From IMG/VR virus record IMGVR_UViG_2775507133_000001, positions 24,278 through 88,277 of that record: a stretch of DNA of 64,000 nt; one strand, 5' to 3'. This document shows, one piece after another, positions 9,712 through 18,621 of this stretch. This DNA comes from a virus (taxonomy: Duplodnaviria; Caudoviricetes). The position numbers and the translations under genes are program-made. The first letter of the stretch is position 1. The number at the start of each line of letters is the position of its first letter. Under the pieces are notes generated by a model, which did no database searches, was not told the origin of the DNA, and saw nothing but the letters and a program-made list of their open reading frames with translations.

Positions 9712-9754
9712 ACCCCCGATGTTGCCTCACTGGCCCGGGGGGCGCGCGGGCAGG

Positions 9755-11314
9755 TCAGCGGATGCGCTGGGAGTACGGGGAAGCCGGCCGGTTGCCGGTG
9801 GGCTGGGGGGCCGTCGGCAGGGGTGCGTGGGCGATCGCCCCGGCGTTGGCTTCGGGGATCAGGCCGTACACGAGGACGCAGGAGGCGTCGATGCGGCCGG
9901 GGCTGTCGGGGTCGGTGGGCTGCCAGGTCGCCCACTCGCGCTCCAGGTCGGGGAACACCCCCCGCAGCCGGACCTTGTCCTGCACCATCTGCTGCGCGAT
10001 CGGCTCCGCGCGCAGCAGCTTGCCCTGCTTGGCGCGCACGGGGTGGATCGCGGGCATGAGGACGTTCTTCGGGATCTCCCCGTCCCGCTGGAGCGTCTCC
10101 CACGACGTGCGGATGGCCAGCACACACATGTCGCGGCCGAAGTTCCACTCCACGTAGATGATCGACGCGTTCGTGCGGTGGGCGAGGCGGCACGCGGCGG
10201 TGGACCACTCGGCCGAGGACATCGGCGCGGAGACGTCGTCGGTGACCCACACGCGGCCGTCGTCGCCGAGGAACCCGCCGATGACGCCCGCGGTGTCCCG
10301 GCCGCCGCCCGAGGGGTCGATGCTGACGGCGATCTTCTGCGGCTCCACCGGTGTGCCGGTGTCGCGGAGCAGGCGCAGCAGTTCCTCGGACACGAGCGCT
10401 CCCTCTGCGGGCTGGGGGTCGCCCTGGTACAGGGCGTGCCAGTCCCGGACGATCGACGTGGTCTTCTTCTGCGCCCACCAGGCGCGCAGCCGCGCCGTGT
10501 CGCGGGTGGGGATCTTCGGGTGCGGCAGGGGCTCGCCGGGCTCCCGGCCGAGCGGGTCGGGCCCGAACTTGGGGTCGGCGACCGCGGGGAGGTGGATTAC
10601 CTTCCACCGGCCGCCTTCCTCGATCCGCCCCTCTTCCTCGAGGCGCCGGCCGGCGAAGTCGTCCGGGTGCCATCGGGTCTGGATCGCGACGACAGCGCTG
10701 CGGTCGGGCTGGAGGCGGGACAGGGCGGCCGAGGAGTACCAGTCGTGCAGGGCACGCCGTGCGGCTTCCGACTCGGCGTCCGCGCGGTCCTTGTGCGGGT
10801 CGTCGATGATCAGCAGGTTCACGTCGAAACCCGTGAGACCCTTCCCCACCGACACGGACCGGCAGCCGCCGCCCTTCGTGACCTCCCAGTCCTGCATCGC
10901 ACCGGAGCCCGGCTTCAGACGCAGGTCCCACTCGTCGCCGAACTCTTCGACGTAGCCGCGGATCCTCTTGCCCCGGCGCAGCGCCAGGTCGTCGCCGTAC
11001 GACGTGACGGCGACCTTGTCCCGGCCGAACATGCACAGCCACCAGAACGGAAACCACTCCGCGACGCACGTGGACTTCCCGACCTGGGGCGGGGTCAGGA
11101 TCAGCAGCCGGTCGACGTCGCCCTGGGCGACCTCGGCGAGCGCCTGGCCGATCAGCTTGAGGTGCGGCCGCATCCGGAACCGGCGGTCGAGGCCGCGGGC
11201 GAGCGTCACCGGGTCGCGCAGCAGGTCCGCGCTCATCGCCCGGCGCGCGGCCTCCAGCTGCCGGTACACCTCCTCGTCGTCCAGGTGCTCCAGCTCGTCC
11301 ACGGCCGTCGTCAC
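9755..11314 (-). CDS. terL: Terminase large subunit
   Basis: PPQVGKST Walker A, LLIIDDPHK Walker B, IQTRWH, LYQGDP, SIDPS nuclease, SPGRIDA. Confidence 0.93.
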   Translation of the reverse strand: MTTAVDELEHLDDEEVYRQLEAARRAMSADLLRDPVTLARGLDRRFRMRPHLKLIGQALAEVAQGDVDRLLILTPPQVGKSTCVAEWFPFWWLCMFGRDKVAVTSYGDDLALRRGKRIRGYVEEFGDEWDLRLKPGSGAMQDWEVTKGGGCRSVSVGKGLTGFDVNLLIIDDPHKDRADAESEAARRALHDWYSSAALSRLQPDRSAVVAIQTRWHPDDFAGRRLEEEGRIEEGGRWKVIHLPAVADPKFGPDPLGREPGEPLPHPKIPTRDTARLRAWWAQKKTTSIVRDWHALYQGDPQPAEGALVSEELLRLLRDTGTPVEPQKIAVSIDPSGGGRDTAGVIGGFLGDDGRVWVTDDVSAPMSSAEWSTAACRLAHRTNASIIYVEWNFGRDMCVLAIRTSWETLQRDGEIPKNVLMPAIHPVRAKQGKLLRAEPIAQQMVQDKVRLRGVFPDLEREWATWQPTDPDSPGRIDASCVLVYGLIPEANAGAIAHAPLPTAPQPTGNRPASPYSQRIR

Positions 11315-11318
11315 AGCG

Positions 11319-11930
11319 CTACGCCTCCTCGTCGTCGTCGGGGTCGTCTTCGTCGTCGCCGCCCTCGACCGCGCGGATCCTCTGGTTCACCGACGCGGCC
11401 AGCTCCCCGAGCCGGGCACGCCGCTGCTCCGGGGCCATCTGCGCGAACTCCTCGAAGTGCTTCGCCAACGCGGTCGAGCCTTCGCCGGTGACGGCGATCG
11501 TCTGCGTGGGGTCGCCGAAAAGGACGCGCCGGTGCCGCATCGCGACGTCCATCAGCCGGATGAAGTCGCCGGGCGACAGTTCCTCGGGGCGGAGCGTCTG
11601 GAGCCGGCCGACGAGCTTGCCGACCGCCGCGCCGAGGATCTTCGCGTCGTTCTCGGCGGCCTTGCGGCGCTCCTCCAGCCACATGGCCTCGTACTGGCGG
11701 TCCAGGTGCCGGTCGTACGCCTCGACGCGCTCCCGCCACCGGAACCAGGCCGCCAGGTTCCTCACGTGCCCGTACGCGAGTGTCAGCCTCTGCGCTGCTT
11801 CTGTCAGGGTGCGGGTGCGGCCGAGGTCCCGGTAGGTGGCGAACTGACCGTGTTTGTGGGCTGACTCCCCGGGCTGGCGTTCCCAGGGGTCCAGGGTGGG
11901 GTCGAGGGTGATGGGCTGGCGTGTGCTCAT
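11319..11930 (-). CDS. Terminase small subunit-like protein
   Basis: PWERQPGES...FATYRDLG..RT...WRERVEAYD; directly upstream of terL. Confidence 0.7.
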   Translation of the reverse strand: MSTRQPITLDPTLDPWERQPGESAHKHGQFATYRDLGRTRTLTEAAQRLTLAYGHVRNLAAWFRWRERVEAYDRHLDRQYEAMWLEERRKAAENDAKILGAAVGKLVGRLQTLRPEELSPGDFIRLMDVAMRHRRVLFGDPTQTIAVTGEGSTALAKHFEEFAQMAPEQRRARLGELAASVNQRIRAVEGGDDEDDPDDDEEA

Positions 11931-12142
11931 GTGGCCCGTGCCTCCCTGTTCACGGTGCGGTCGTACCGGTAGTGCCACAGGGGTCCGTCGTCGCCTGGGT
12001 TCAGGGCGCGGACGTACATGAGTCGGTCGCCGTCGGGGTTGCGGAGTTCGTAGGTGTGGGGCGGGTTCCAGGGGTCGCCGGGGATGGCGAGGAGCCGGCC
12101 GTCGGCTGGGCCGCCTACGAACTGGACGCCGACGCCGCTCAT
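11927..12142 (-). CDS. Hypothetical protein (FVGGPADG)
   Basis: ORF track; ATGA overlaps at both ends. Confidence 0.6.
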   Translation of the reverse strand: MSGVGVQFVGGPADGRLLAIPGDPWNPPHTYELRNPDGDRLMYVRALNPGDDGPLWHYRYDRTVNREARAT

Positions 12143-13077
12143 GCCGGGTCGCTCGGGGTGTGGTTGGGTCCGGACAGGTACTCACCCGCCAGGCGTTCGA
12201 GGAGCTTCCAGCCCTGCCCCTGCTCGATCTCGCCGCGTCCCTCTGCTGCGGCTATCGCCTTGTTCAGGGTGACGGCGGCCGGGGCGGGGAGTGTGCGGGC
12301 TCCGAGGACGGTCTCCAGGCCGACGTTCCCCGAGTGGAGGTGGGTGCCGTCGGGGGCGGTGTAGCCGTCGGCGAGTTCGTCGAGGTGGCGTTCGACGATC
12401 GCGAGGATGGCGTGGAGTGCGGTGGCGACGTTGCCGACCTTGTGGGCGGCGTGGGTGGACGCGAGCGTGTCCAGGGTCCGCTCGTAGTCGGCGCGTGCGG
12501 CCAGCCAGGACTCGTTCTGGCCGACGCGGGCCTGGTCGAACGCTTCGCGGGCGGCTTCGAGCTCGGACGGCAGGAAGATCAGGGACACGGTGGCGAAGTC
12601 GAGGTTCGCTTCCGAGAGGCCCTCGGGGCTGACTTCGGCGAGGAGCTGGAGCTGTGCGTCGTCCAGGCCCGAGTAGGCGCGCCAGTCGACGTCGTCGAGT
12701 TCGTCGTAGAGCTGCTTGAGGGTGGCGGGGTCGTCCTCGCCTGCGATGGCGTTGTGGGACAGCTGGATCGCGACGAGCTGCTGCCGGGTGAGCTGCTCCT
12801 CGATGAGCATGCAGTCGATCTCGGTGAGGCCGGCTTCCGCTGCGGCCTTGGTGCGGTGGTTCCCGGACAGGATCAGCTCCTGGCCCTCCGCGTACTCGCC
12901 GCCGTTGTAGATCAGCGGGGTGGAGGTGAGGCAGCCGTCGCGGCGGATGTTCTCGACGAGGCGGTCCCACTCCTCCTTCCGCATGAAGCGGGCGTTCACC
13001 TCAAGGGGGGTGAGGGTGCGCGGGTCGCGGCGGACGAGGCGGGGCCGGAACAGCGGGGTGGTGGTGTCGGTCGTCAT
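12139..13077 (-). CDS. ParB/Srx N-terminal-domain protein
   Basis: NARFM...LVENIRRDG...ILSGNHRTKAA...LSHNAIAGEDD; ATG overlaps the stop of the upstream MTase/GNAT gene. Confidence 0.85.
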   Translation of the reverse strand: MTTDTTTPLFRPRLVRRDPRTLTPLEVNARFMRKEEWDRLVENIRRDGCLTSTPLIYNGGEYAEGQELILSGNHRTKAAAEAGLTEIDCMLIEEQLTRQQLVAIQLSHNAIAGEDDPATLKQLYDELDDVDWRAYSGLDDAQLQLLAEVSPEGLSEANLDFATVSLIFLPSELEAAREAFDQARVGQNESWLAARADYERTLDTLASTHAAHKVGNVATALHAILAIVERHLDELADGYTAPDGTHLHSGNVGLETVLGARTLPAPAAVTLNKAIAAAEGRGEIEQGQGWKLLERLAGEYLSGPNHTPSDPA

Positions 13078-14429
13078 CGCAGGTCCTTGCCGTGCTTGGT
13101 CTTCCACAGGGACAGGGCGTCGTCCAAGTCGTAGGCGCCGAGGGGGCCGCCGTACTGGAGCTGGTAGCGGTGGATCCCGTCGCCGGGGTCCTTGCTGCTG
13201 GCTTCGGTGCGTTTCTGGAGCTTCACGCCAGGGATGCCGCGCCCGTACTTCGCGCTGTTGGGTCGGTCGGTGAACGCGGTGGTGGCCCAGCCGTCGATGC
13301 GCTTGGAGAGGCTGCGCTGGATGAGGACCTGCGCCTCCTTCGTGGAAGCGGCCATCACGATGAGCTTGGCGAGGCGCCGGTAGCGGGTCCACGACACGGG
13401 GAAGTCCGACATGAGGTAGGCGGTGTTGGGGTCGAACTTCGGCGGCAGGTACGCGAACGCGCCGATCAGCTTGCCGTCGACGGCGACGCCGCACGCGATG
13501 AGCGGGCTGCCGGGCTTGATCGACTTGGACATGAACTGGGAGCGGATGCCCGCGAACTGGCCGCCGGTGAGGACGTGGAGGCTCATGCGGTCGCCGAGCG
13601 GCTCGTCGGGGCCGATCTTCGGCATAGGGATCGCCTCGACGGGCTGGCGGGGGCGGACGATGCGGCGGGGCCCGGCGGCGGCGTACACGTAGATCGGCAG
13701 GCCGCGGTTCGCGGTCTGGACGACGCCGGCGAGGCGGTCGCGCAGCTCGGGGCGTTCGATGTGCAGGCCGAGGACCCAGTTGGGCCGGTCCTGGACCTGC
13801 TCGATGATGCGTTCCTTGCCGTCCTCGGTGAGGTCGTCGAACGACGGCTCGGGCCAGTGGAACGCGGCGTCGATGGACGCGAACTGCGCCTGGTAATCCT
13901 TCGCGTAGAACGGGGGGAACATCACCACCGGGGCGTCGGGGGGCACCTCCTGGTCGAGGTAGTCGCGGACGTCGCCGGCGTAGAACGAGCCCAGCTTGGT
14001 TTCCAGGGCGCGGAGCTTGGTGGCGGTCTTCTCGTGCATCCGCGCCCATTGGTCGCGGGTGGCGTCCATCATCCGCCGGTAGTAGGCGCCGTCCTTACCG
14101 ACGTACTGGAGGAAGCGGGTGCCCAGCATCAGCGTCGCCATGAGGTCGGCGCGGTCTTCCAGGTACGGGTGGAGCCAGCCGAGGGTGTCCTCGTACTCCT
14201 CGCGGAGGGTGAAGTTGAGCGGGTCGCCGGCGAGGTACCAGCCGAGAGCGCACGAGTACGCCTGGATGTCGTTGCCGTGGACGCGCCGCTGGTCGCCGAA
14301 CCGGGCGTGGAGGACGCGTTCGATGGTGAAGTTGCCCGAGCATCCGACGTAGATGTCGTCGCCGGGCCAGGTCCCGGCGTGCTCGTAGATGATCGACCGC
14401 AGGGGCGCGGGTATCGATCCGTGGAACAT
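13074..14429 (-). CDS. Adenine-methyltransferase-fold protein fused to a GNAT/Mom-like domain (putative DNA-modifying, anti-restriction enzyme)
   Basis: DIYVGCSGNFTIE (motif I-like), VHGNDI (motif II), VMFPPFY (motif IV-like); C-terminal GVAVDGKLIGAFAY...YLMSDF...RLAKLIV...TTAFT resembles a GNAT fold. Confidence 0.6.
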   Translation of the reverse strand: MFHGSIPAPLRSIIYEHAGTWPGDDIYVGCSGNFTIERVLHARFGDQRRVHGNDIQAYSCALGWYLAGDPLNFTLREEYEDTLGWLHPYLEDRADLMATLMLGTRFLQYVGKDGAYYRRMMDATRDQWARMHEKTATKLRALETKLGSFYAGDVRDYLDQEVPPDAPVVMFPPFYAKDYQAQFASIDAAFHWPEPSFDDLTEDGKERIIEQVQDRPNWVLGLHIERPELRDRLAGVVQTANRGLPIYVYAAAGPRRIVRPRQPVEAIPMPKIGPDEPLGDRMSLHVLTGGQFAGIRSQFMSKSIKPGSPLIACGVAVDGKLIGAFAYLPPKFDPNTAYLMSDFPVSWTRYRRLAKLIVMAASTKEAQVLIQRSLSKRIDGWATTAFTDRPNSAKYGRGIPGVKLQKRTEASSKDPGDGIHRYQLQYGGPLGAYDLDDALSLWKTKHGKDLR

Positions 14430-14514
14430 GGGCCGCTCCAATGAAGTCCGTGGCGCAGGCCCGGGGTGCAACCTGCGGGTTTGGCCCATTGTGAGTGGTC
14501 TTGGGGGGTGCGAA

Positions 14515-14546
14515 GGGCCCCTCACCGGGGGCGTGGCGAGGGGCCC
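14515..14546 (-). other. GC-rich hairpin just 3' of the tRNA-like gene (processing, attenuation or terminator signal)
   Basis: gggcccctcacc...ggcgaggggccc inverted repeat. Confidence 0.45.
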
Positions 14547-14553
14547 TGCATCG

Positions 14554-14628
14554 TGGAGCGCCGGCCAGGGCTTGCACCTGGATCGCCCGACTGGAAGTCG
14601 GGCCGTGTTACTTACTACGCACCAGCGC
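14554..14628 (-). tRNA. tRNA-Gly(UCC)-like RNA with non-canonical D and T loops
   Basis: GCGCTGG TG CGTA GTAAGTAA CACG G CCCGA CTTCCAG TCGGG CGAT CCAGG TGCAAGC CCTGG CCGGCGC T CCA: 7-bp acceptor stem, 5-bp anticodon and T stems, TCC anticodon, U73, encoded CCA. Confidence 0.88.
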
Positions 14629-14659
14629 GGGGTGGCCGTGAAGCGATCGGCCGCTTCGG

Positions 14660-14689
14660 ACGTTAGAGGCCGAGCCCATGGGGGATCAA
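14660..14689 (-). promoter_or_regulatory. HrdB-type promoter driving the tRNA-like gene and MTase/GNAT-ParB-terminase genes
   Basis: TTGATC-N18-TAACGT on the minus strand, about 30 nt upstream of the tRNA 5' end. Confidence 0.55.
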
Positions 14690-14735
14690 GAACGAAACAA
14701 TGGCCGGGTTAAGCGTGCTGCGGCGGACGCTTGCT

Positions 14736-15356
14736 TTACTTACGTGATCGCTGCCGTCGCAGCATCAAGGAAGCGATCCCGGTGGCCAATGTCAGGATGA
14801 ACGCGCCGCTCGTTACAACCAGCAACCAGACAGGCGTACCCGCCCCGGCAGCGACCCCTAGGCCAGTGGTGCAGGTGGCACTGAAGACGGCCAAAGACCG
14901 CGGGCTGAGGGACACAATCCAAACTGGGGTTACCGGTGCCTCGGTGTCGTCACGGGCCTCGGCTGCGGCTTTGGCCGCGGCCATGATCTTGGTGGTGGCC
15001 CGCGCGCCGCGCAAGGACAGCCCGATGGCGAACTTCATGCCGTCGATCCAGCGCAGCAGTCTCCCGCGCTTTGGCCCCTTGAGCATCGGCCACAGCTCCG
15101 CTCGCCACGACTGGTACAGCTCGGAGCGGTAGGCCTTGGGCACCTGGATGCGGGCGAGCTGGAGCACGACGAACGGGATGCGCAGCGGCACCTTACGCAG
15201 GAGCGCCATCGTCGTCTCGTAGATGACCGCGGCGACGATCGCGCAGATCATCGCGACCGTCCACCCGTTGACGTCGTGGCCGATGAAGGTGCCGCCGTGG
15301 ACTTCGACGCCGGGCGCGGCGGCCGCGGGCAGGAGGGAAATGGTCACCGGGCTCAC
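14736..15356 (-). CDS. Membrane protein partnered with PadR
   Basis: ORF track; hydrophobic segments; GTGA overlap with padR-like gene. Confidence 0.65.
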   Translation of the reverse strand: MSPVTISLLPAAAAPGVEVHGGTFIGHDVNGWTVAMICAIVAAVIYETTMALLRKVPLRIPFVVLQLARIQVPKAYRSELYQSWRAELWPMLKGPKRGRLLRWIDGMKFAIGLSLRGARATTKIMAAAKAAAEARDDTEAPVTPVWIVSLSPRSLAVFSATCTTGLGVAAGAGTPVWLLVVTSGAFILTLATGIASLMLRRQRSRK

Positions 15357-15772
15357 CGCCCCATCAGGGCGGAGGCGAGCGCACCGTTGACGACTACGAG
15401 GAAGCTGCCAGCGATGCAGCCCGGGGTCACGCGCCAGGTGGGCTGCCAGCCGGGGCGCCAGGCGGGCGACTTCGCCGGGGGGCGGACGGCGTTGCTGTAG
15501 TCGACGAGCGCGGCGTGTGCCGCGACGGCGCCCTTGCCGGTCATCTGGAAGTAGCGGCGGGCGGGCCGCCGTTCGGCCTTGGCGACCTCGGGATCCTCGG
15601 ACTCCTGCGTGATCCAGTCTTCCGCCTCCATGCGGGCGAGCGCCGGGTACAGGGAGCCGCTGCCGATGCCGGCGGCCTTCATGATCTCCGTGGCGAACAA
15701 CTTCGCTTCGGGATCTTCTAGGAACGTCTGGATGATCCGCACCATCGCGGGTGTCAGATGCTTTTGGTCCAT
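15353..15772 (-). CDS. PadR-family transcriptional regulator
   Basis: GIGSGSLYPALARME..WI...RPARRYFQMTGKG. Confidence 0.88.
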   Translation of the reverse strand: MDQKHLTPAMVRIIQTFLEDPEAKLFATEIMKAAGIGSGSLYPALARMEAEDWITQESEDPEVAKAERRPARRYFQMTGKGAVAAHAALVDYSNAVRPPAKSPAWRPGWQPTWRVTPGCIAGSFLVVVNGALASALMGR

Positions 15773-15881
15773 ACAGCGAGGCTACACCTTCTTTCTGTCC
15801 GATAGAAGCAGTCCTATCGGACCGAAAGGAGCGCAGCCCAGTGGCCGTTTCGGGCTGGGAGCAGGGAGGGTCGGGGCCACC

Positions 15882-16823
15882 TCAGCCTTGCCAGCAGGCG
15901 ACGGCCGCGACGCGCGGGGACCGTTCGGCCTCCGCGATGATCTCCGCCATGGACAGGTCCTTGCGGAAGCGGTGCCCGATCTTCTGCTCGATGCCGGCGA
16001 GGCGGGCGGCGGGCTCCGGGTTGAGCTGCGCGGACAGGACGAGCGCCGGCCGGGACGCGAGGACGCAGAACATGCACGACAGGCGGGGCATCCCGGCGAG
16101 GTAGGCGGGGTGCTTGCGCCGCCCGGAGGTCTCGACGGCCATCCACACGTCCAGCTCCGACCAGGCGTGCACCGGGTACCAGACGTCGACGTGCCGCAGG
16201 GTGTTCGAGGCGCCCCAGCCGGGGCCCACGCCCTTCGGTACCGGCTGCTTGCGCGCCTTGTACTTCTCGGCCTTGGCCCGCTTGGGCACGCACGTCTCGC
16301 AGGGGCAGGTCCAGGCGCCTTCGTGGGAGAACGCGAGGAGCTTGCGGCGGGCCGGTGACTCCTCGGCGCGCAGGCCCATGACGTTGAGGATGCGGACGCG
16401 GCCGGTGTGCCCGGCGTCGAGGGCTTCCTGGACGAGGCGGGTCATCAGGGTGCGGACGGGGCCTCGCTTGAAGTCGGAGGTGCACCACCGGTTGTCGGCG
16501 TCGGGGAACATGCCGCGTTCCTCGATCCGGTCGATGAGGTCGCCGCCCTTCCTCGCGACGACCTCGAACCGCAGGCCGTACGCGGCGGCGTGCTCGGCGG
16601 CCAGCTCGCGGGTGCCTTCCCACTCGGCGGAGCCCAAGTCAGCGTGGACGCACACGATGCGGTCGGCGACGCCGGCCGCGCGGGCGTGCTGCACGAGTTC
16701 GTGCAGCATCGCGATGGAGTCCTTGCCGCCCGACAGGTTCGCAATGATCCACGTGTACGACGCCAGGTCGGGGACCTCGGTGCCGAAGCCGGGCAGGTCG
16801 AACGCCAGTTGAGCGGTGGGCAT
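15882..16823 (-). CDS. PAPS-reductase-family (PP-loop) protein
   Basis: NLSGGKDS, HADLG..EW, RWCTSDFK, GLRAEESPAR, HPAY..GMPRLSCMFC. Confidence 0.88.
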   Translation of the reverse strand: MPTAQLAFDLPGFGTEVPDLASYTWIIANLSGGKDSIAMLHELVQHARAAGVADRIVCVHADLGSAEWEGTRELAAEHAAAYGLRFEVVARKGGDLIDRIEERGMFPDADNRWCTSDFKRGPVRTLMTRLVQEALDAGHTGRVRILNVMGLRAEESPARRKLLAFSHEGAWTCPCETCVPKRAKAEKYKARKQPVPKGVGPGWGASNTLRHVDVWYPVHAWSELDVWMAVETSGRRKHPAYLAGMPRLSCMFCVLASRPALVLSAQLNPEPAARLAGIEQKIGHRFRKDLSMAEIIAEAERSPRVAAVACWQG

Positions 16824-16955
16824 CGCGGACCTTCCTGGGGGTGGTGGGGTGGTGGAAGCCGGCCGGTTGAGGGCTTGGACGCCGCATGGACGTCCGGGGA
16901 GCTTCCGCGTGGAGTGGGGTGAAGCAGAGGGGGGTGAGGTGCTTAGATCGGCAGT

Positions 16956-16990
16956 GAGGGCCGGGGAGCGCTGCCTGCTCCCCGGCCCTC
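16956..16990 (-). repeat. Conserved-loop hairpin, copy 1 (loop AGGCAGC on the transcript)
   Basis: gagggccggggagc-gctgcct-gctccccggccctc, perfect 14-bp stem. Confidence 0.85.
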
Positions 16991-17000
16991 GCCTGTGCTG

Positions 17001-17858
17001 TTACGCGCGGGTGGCGGAGTGGCCGCGCGGCGACTCCTCGACCGGGGCGGGCGGCCAGGCGCCCATCTCCTTCAAGTGGTCGTGGACGGTGACGCCCCGG
17101 TGGGGGGTCCAGCCGCACGCGCAGTACGGAGCGATCCCGACCATGGGCGGGACGACCGGCCGGTGGTCACCGTTGCACGTGGCGCAGTCGTGGTCGGGGT
17201 CCTCCATCGGGTGCGTGGCCAGGTCCCGGCCGCTCGGCCGCGCGTGCGCGTGGGCCGCCTGGTCCTCCTGGTCCTCCGGGGCGGTCTCGGGCGCGGCGAG
17301 GACGTGGATGGCGGAGGCGGTGCCGCCCGGGCGGGGGCCGGAGCAGATGTACTCGCCCCACTCGTCGTTCACGCGCTTCCCGGTCCTGTCCCAGATGAGC
17401 AGCCGCTGGCACTGGGCGCAGGGCCCGGCGTCCTCCCCCGGTGTACCGGTCGGCCGGTCGGCCGGGGCGGGAGCCGGGGTCTCGCGGTCGGGGTTGTCGG
17501 GCAGGTCGACGCGGAGCGTGCCGATCAGGTCGGGGACCTCCTTCCAGTCGGCGGCGAGCAGGCCGGCCGTGCCCCGGTTGAAGTGGAGCATGTCCAGCAG
17601 GACGTCGCGGACGCGGGCGCGAGCACTCTCGCTGAGCCTGTCGCGGGTGGCGTCGTTGAACTTCCACAGCTGCGTATCGCCGTCGTGGATCGCGGTCGGG
17701 GTGCCGCCGTTGATGCTGAGGGCGGTCGCGGTGGGCAGCTCGTCCCAGATGACGTGGGCGATGAGCAGCAGGCCGCGGTCGAGGACCTCGCGGCGGGCCT
17801 TGGCCGCGTCGCGGTAGGCGTCCTCGAAGTACTCGCTGTAGAAGCCGGTGTCCGGCAT
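17001..17858 (-). CDS. Hypothetical protein with array-shared domain A and a C-terminal Cys/His region
   Basis: AGAAGGAA RBS before MPDTGFYSEY. Confidence 0.7.
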   Translation of the reverse strand: MPDTGFYSEYFEDAYRDAAKARREVLDRGLLLIAHVIWDELPTATALSINGGTPTAIHDGDTQLWKFNDATRDRLSESARARVRDVLLDMLHFNRGTAGLLAADWKEVPDLIGTLRVDLPDNPDRETPAPAPADRPTGTPGEDAGPCAQCQRLLIWDRTGKRVNDEWGEYICSGPRPGGTASAIHVLAAPETAPEDQEDQAAHAHARPSGRDLATHPMEDPDHDCATCNGDHRPVVPPMVGIAPYCACGWTPHRGVTVHDHLKEMGAWPPAPVEESPRGHSATRA

Positions 17859-17887
17859 GGGTGGGTTCCTTCTCTCGGTGGGCGGGG

Positions 17888-18556
17888 CTAGTTGGCGGGC
17901 AGGTCGGTGCACGGCCAGAACGCGGTCAGCGTGTCGGTGATGTAGGCGAGGGCGTCCGGCTCGTTCTCGAAGCAGGCGTCCGCGTCCTCGAGGCCGTGCG
18001 CGCACCGCGCGTGGAGGACGCCGGTGCTGATGGTCTGGAGCGTGACCGGCTGGTCGGCGGTGATGACGAACGTGGCGCCGCTGCCTTCGATGTCGTGGCA
18101 GTGGTAGCGGGCGGGGGTGTCGTCGTCAGCGGGCACGACCTGGTGGAGGACGGCCGCGCCGCGGCCGGTGAGGACCAGGGTCGTGGCGGAGGTGACCTCG
18201 ACCGCGTACGGCGGGGCGGGCTCCAGTCCGGCCGCGGCGCGCTTGGCGGCAACCTGGGCGGCTTCGCGGCGTCGCCGGCGGGCGATCTCCAGGAACGCGA
18301 GGCCGATCGTCTCGCGGCGGCTGGGGCCGGTGGCGTAGACGCGGCGCTCGCCTTCGGTGGCGCGGGCCTCCCAGGTGTCGGGCTCGTCGGGCTTGAGGTA
18401 GACCGCCAGTTCCTGGTTGGGGCCGTGCAGGTGGGCGGGGAGGTCGTCGGGGTAGCTGCCGGGCACGGTGAACAGGTAGCCGAGCAGGCCGAAGGGGGGC
18501 GGGAAGCGGCCAGCGCCGTAGATCACGAGGTGCACGTCGGGCAGGTCGGTGGTCAA
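17888..18556 (-). CDS. Hypothetical protein
   Basis: ORF track; GGAG RBS with TTG start. Confidence 0.65.
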   Translation of the reverse strand: MTTDLPDVHLVIYGAGRFPPPFGLLGYLFTVPGSYPDDLPAHLHGPNQELAVYLKPDEPDTWEARATEGERRVYATGPSRRETIGLAFLEIARRRRREAAQVAAKRAAAGLEPAPPYAVEVTSATTLVLTGRGAAVLHQVVPADDDTPARYHCHDIEGSGATFVITADQPVTLQTISTGVLHARCAHGLEDADACFENEPDALAYITDTLTAFWPCTDLPAN

Positions 18557-18581
18557 CGGGGTCTCCGATCGGGAGGGGTGG

Positions 18582-18608
18582 GGCCGGGGGCGCTGCCTGC
18601 CCCCGGCC
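18582..18608 (-). repeat. Conserved-loop hairpin, copy 2
   Basis: ggccgggggc-gctgcct-gcccccggcc. Confidence 0.85.
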
Positions 18609-18621
18609 GTAGGGGCGGGGG

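Noticed and set aside
14554-14628. tRNA as the prophage attachment site or a decayed host tRNA
   Set aside because: It is internal, about 48 kb from the integrase, full length with its own promoter, and its stems and identity bases are intact.
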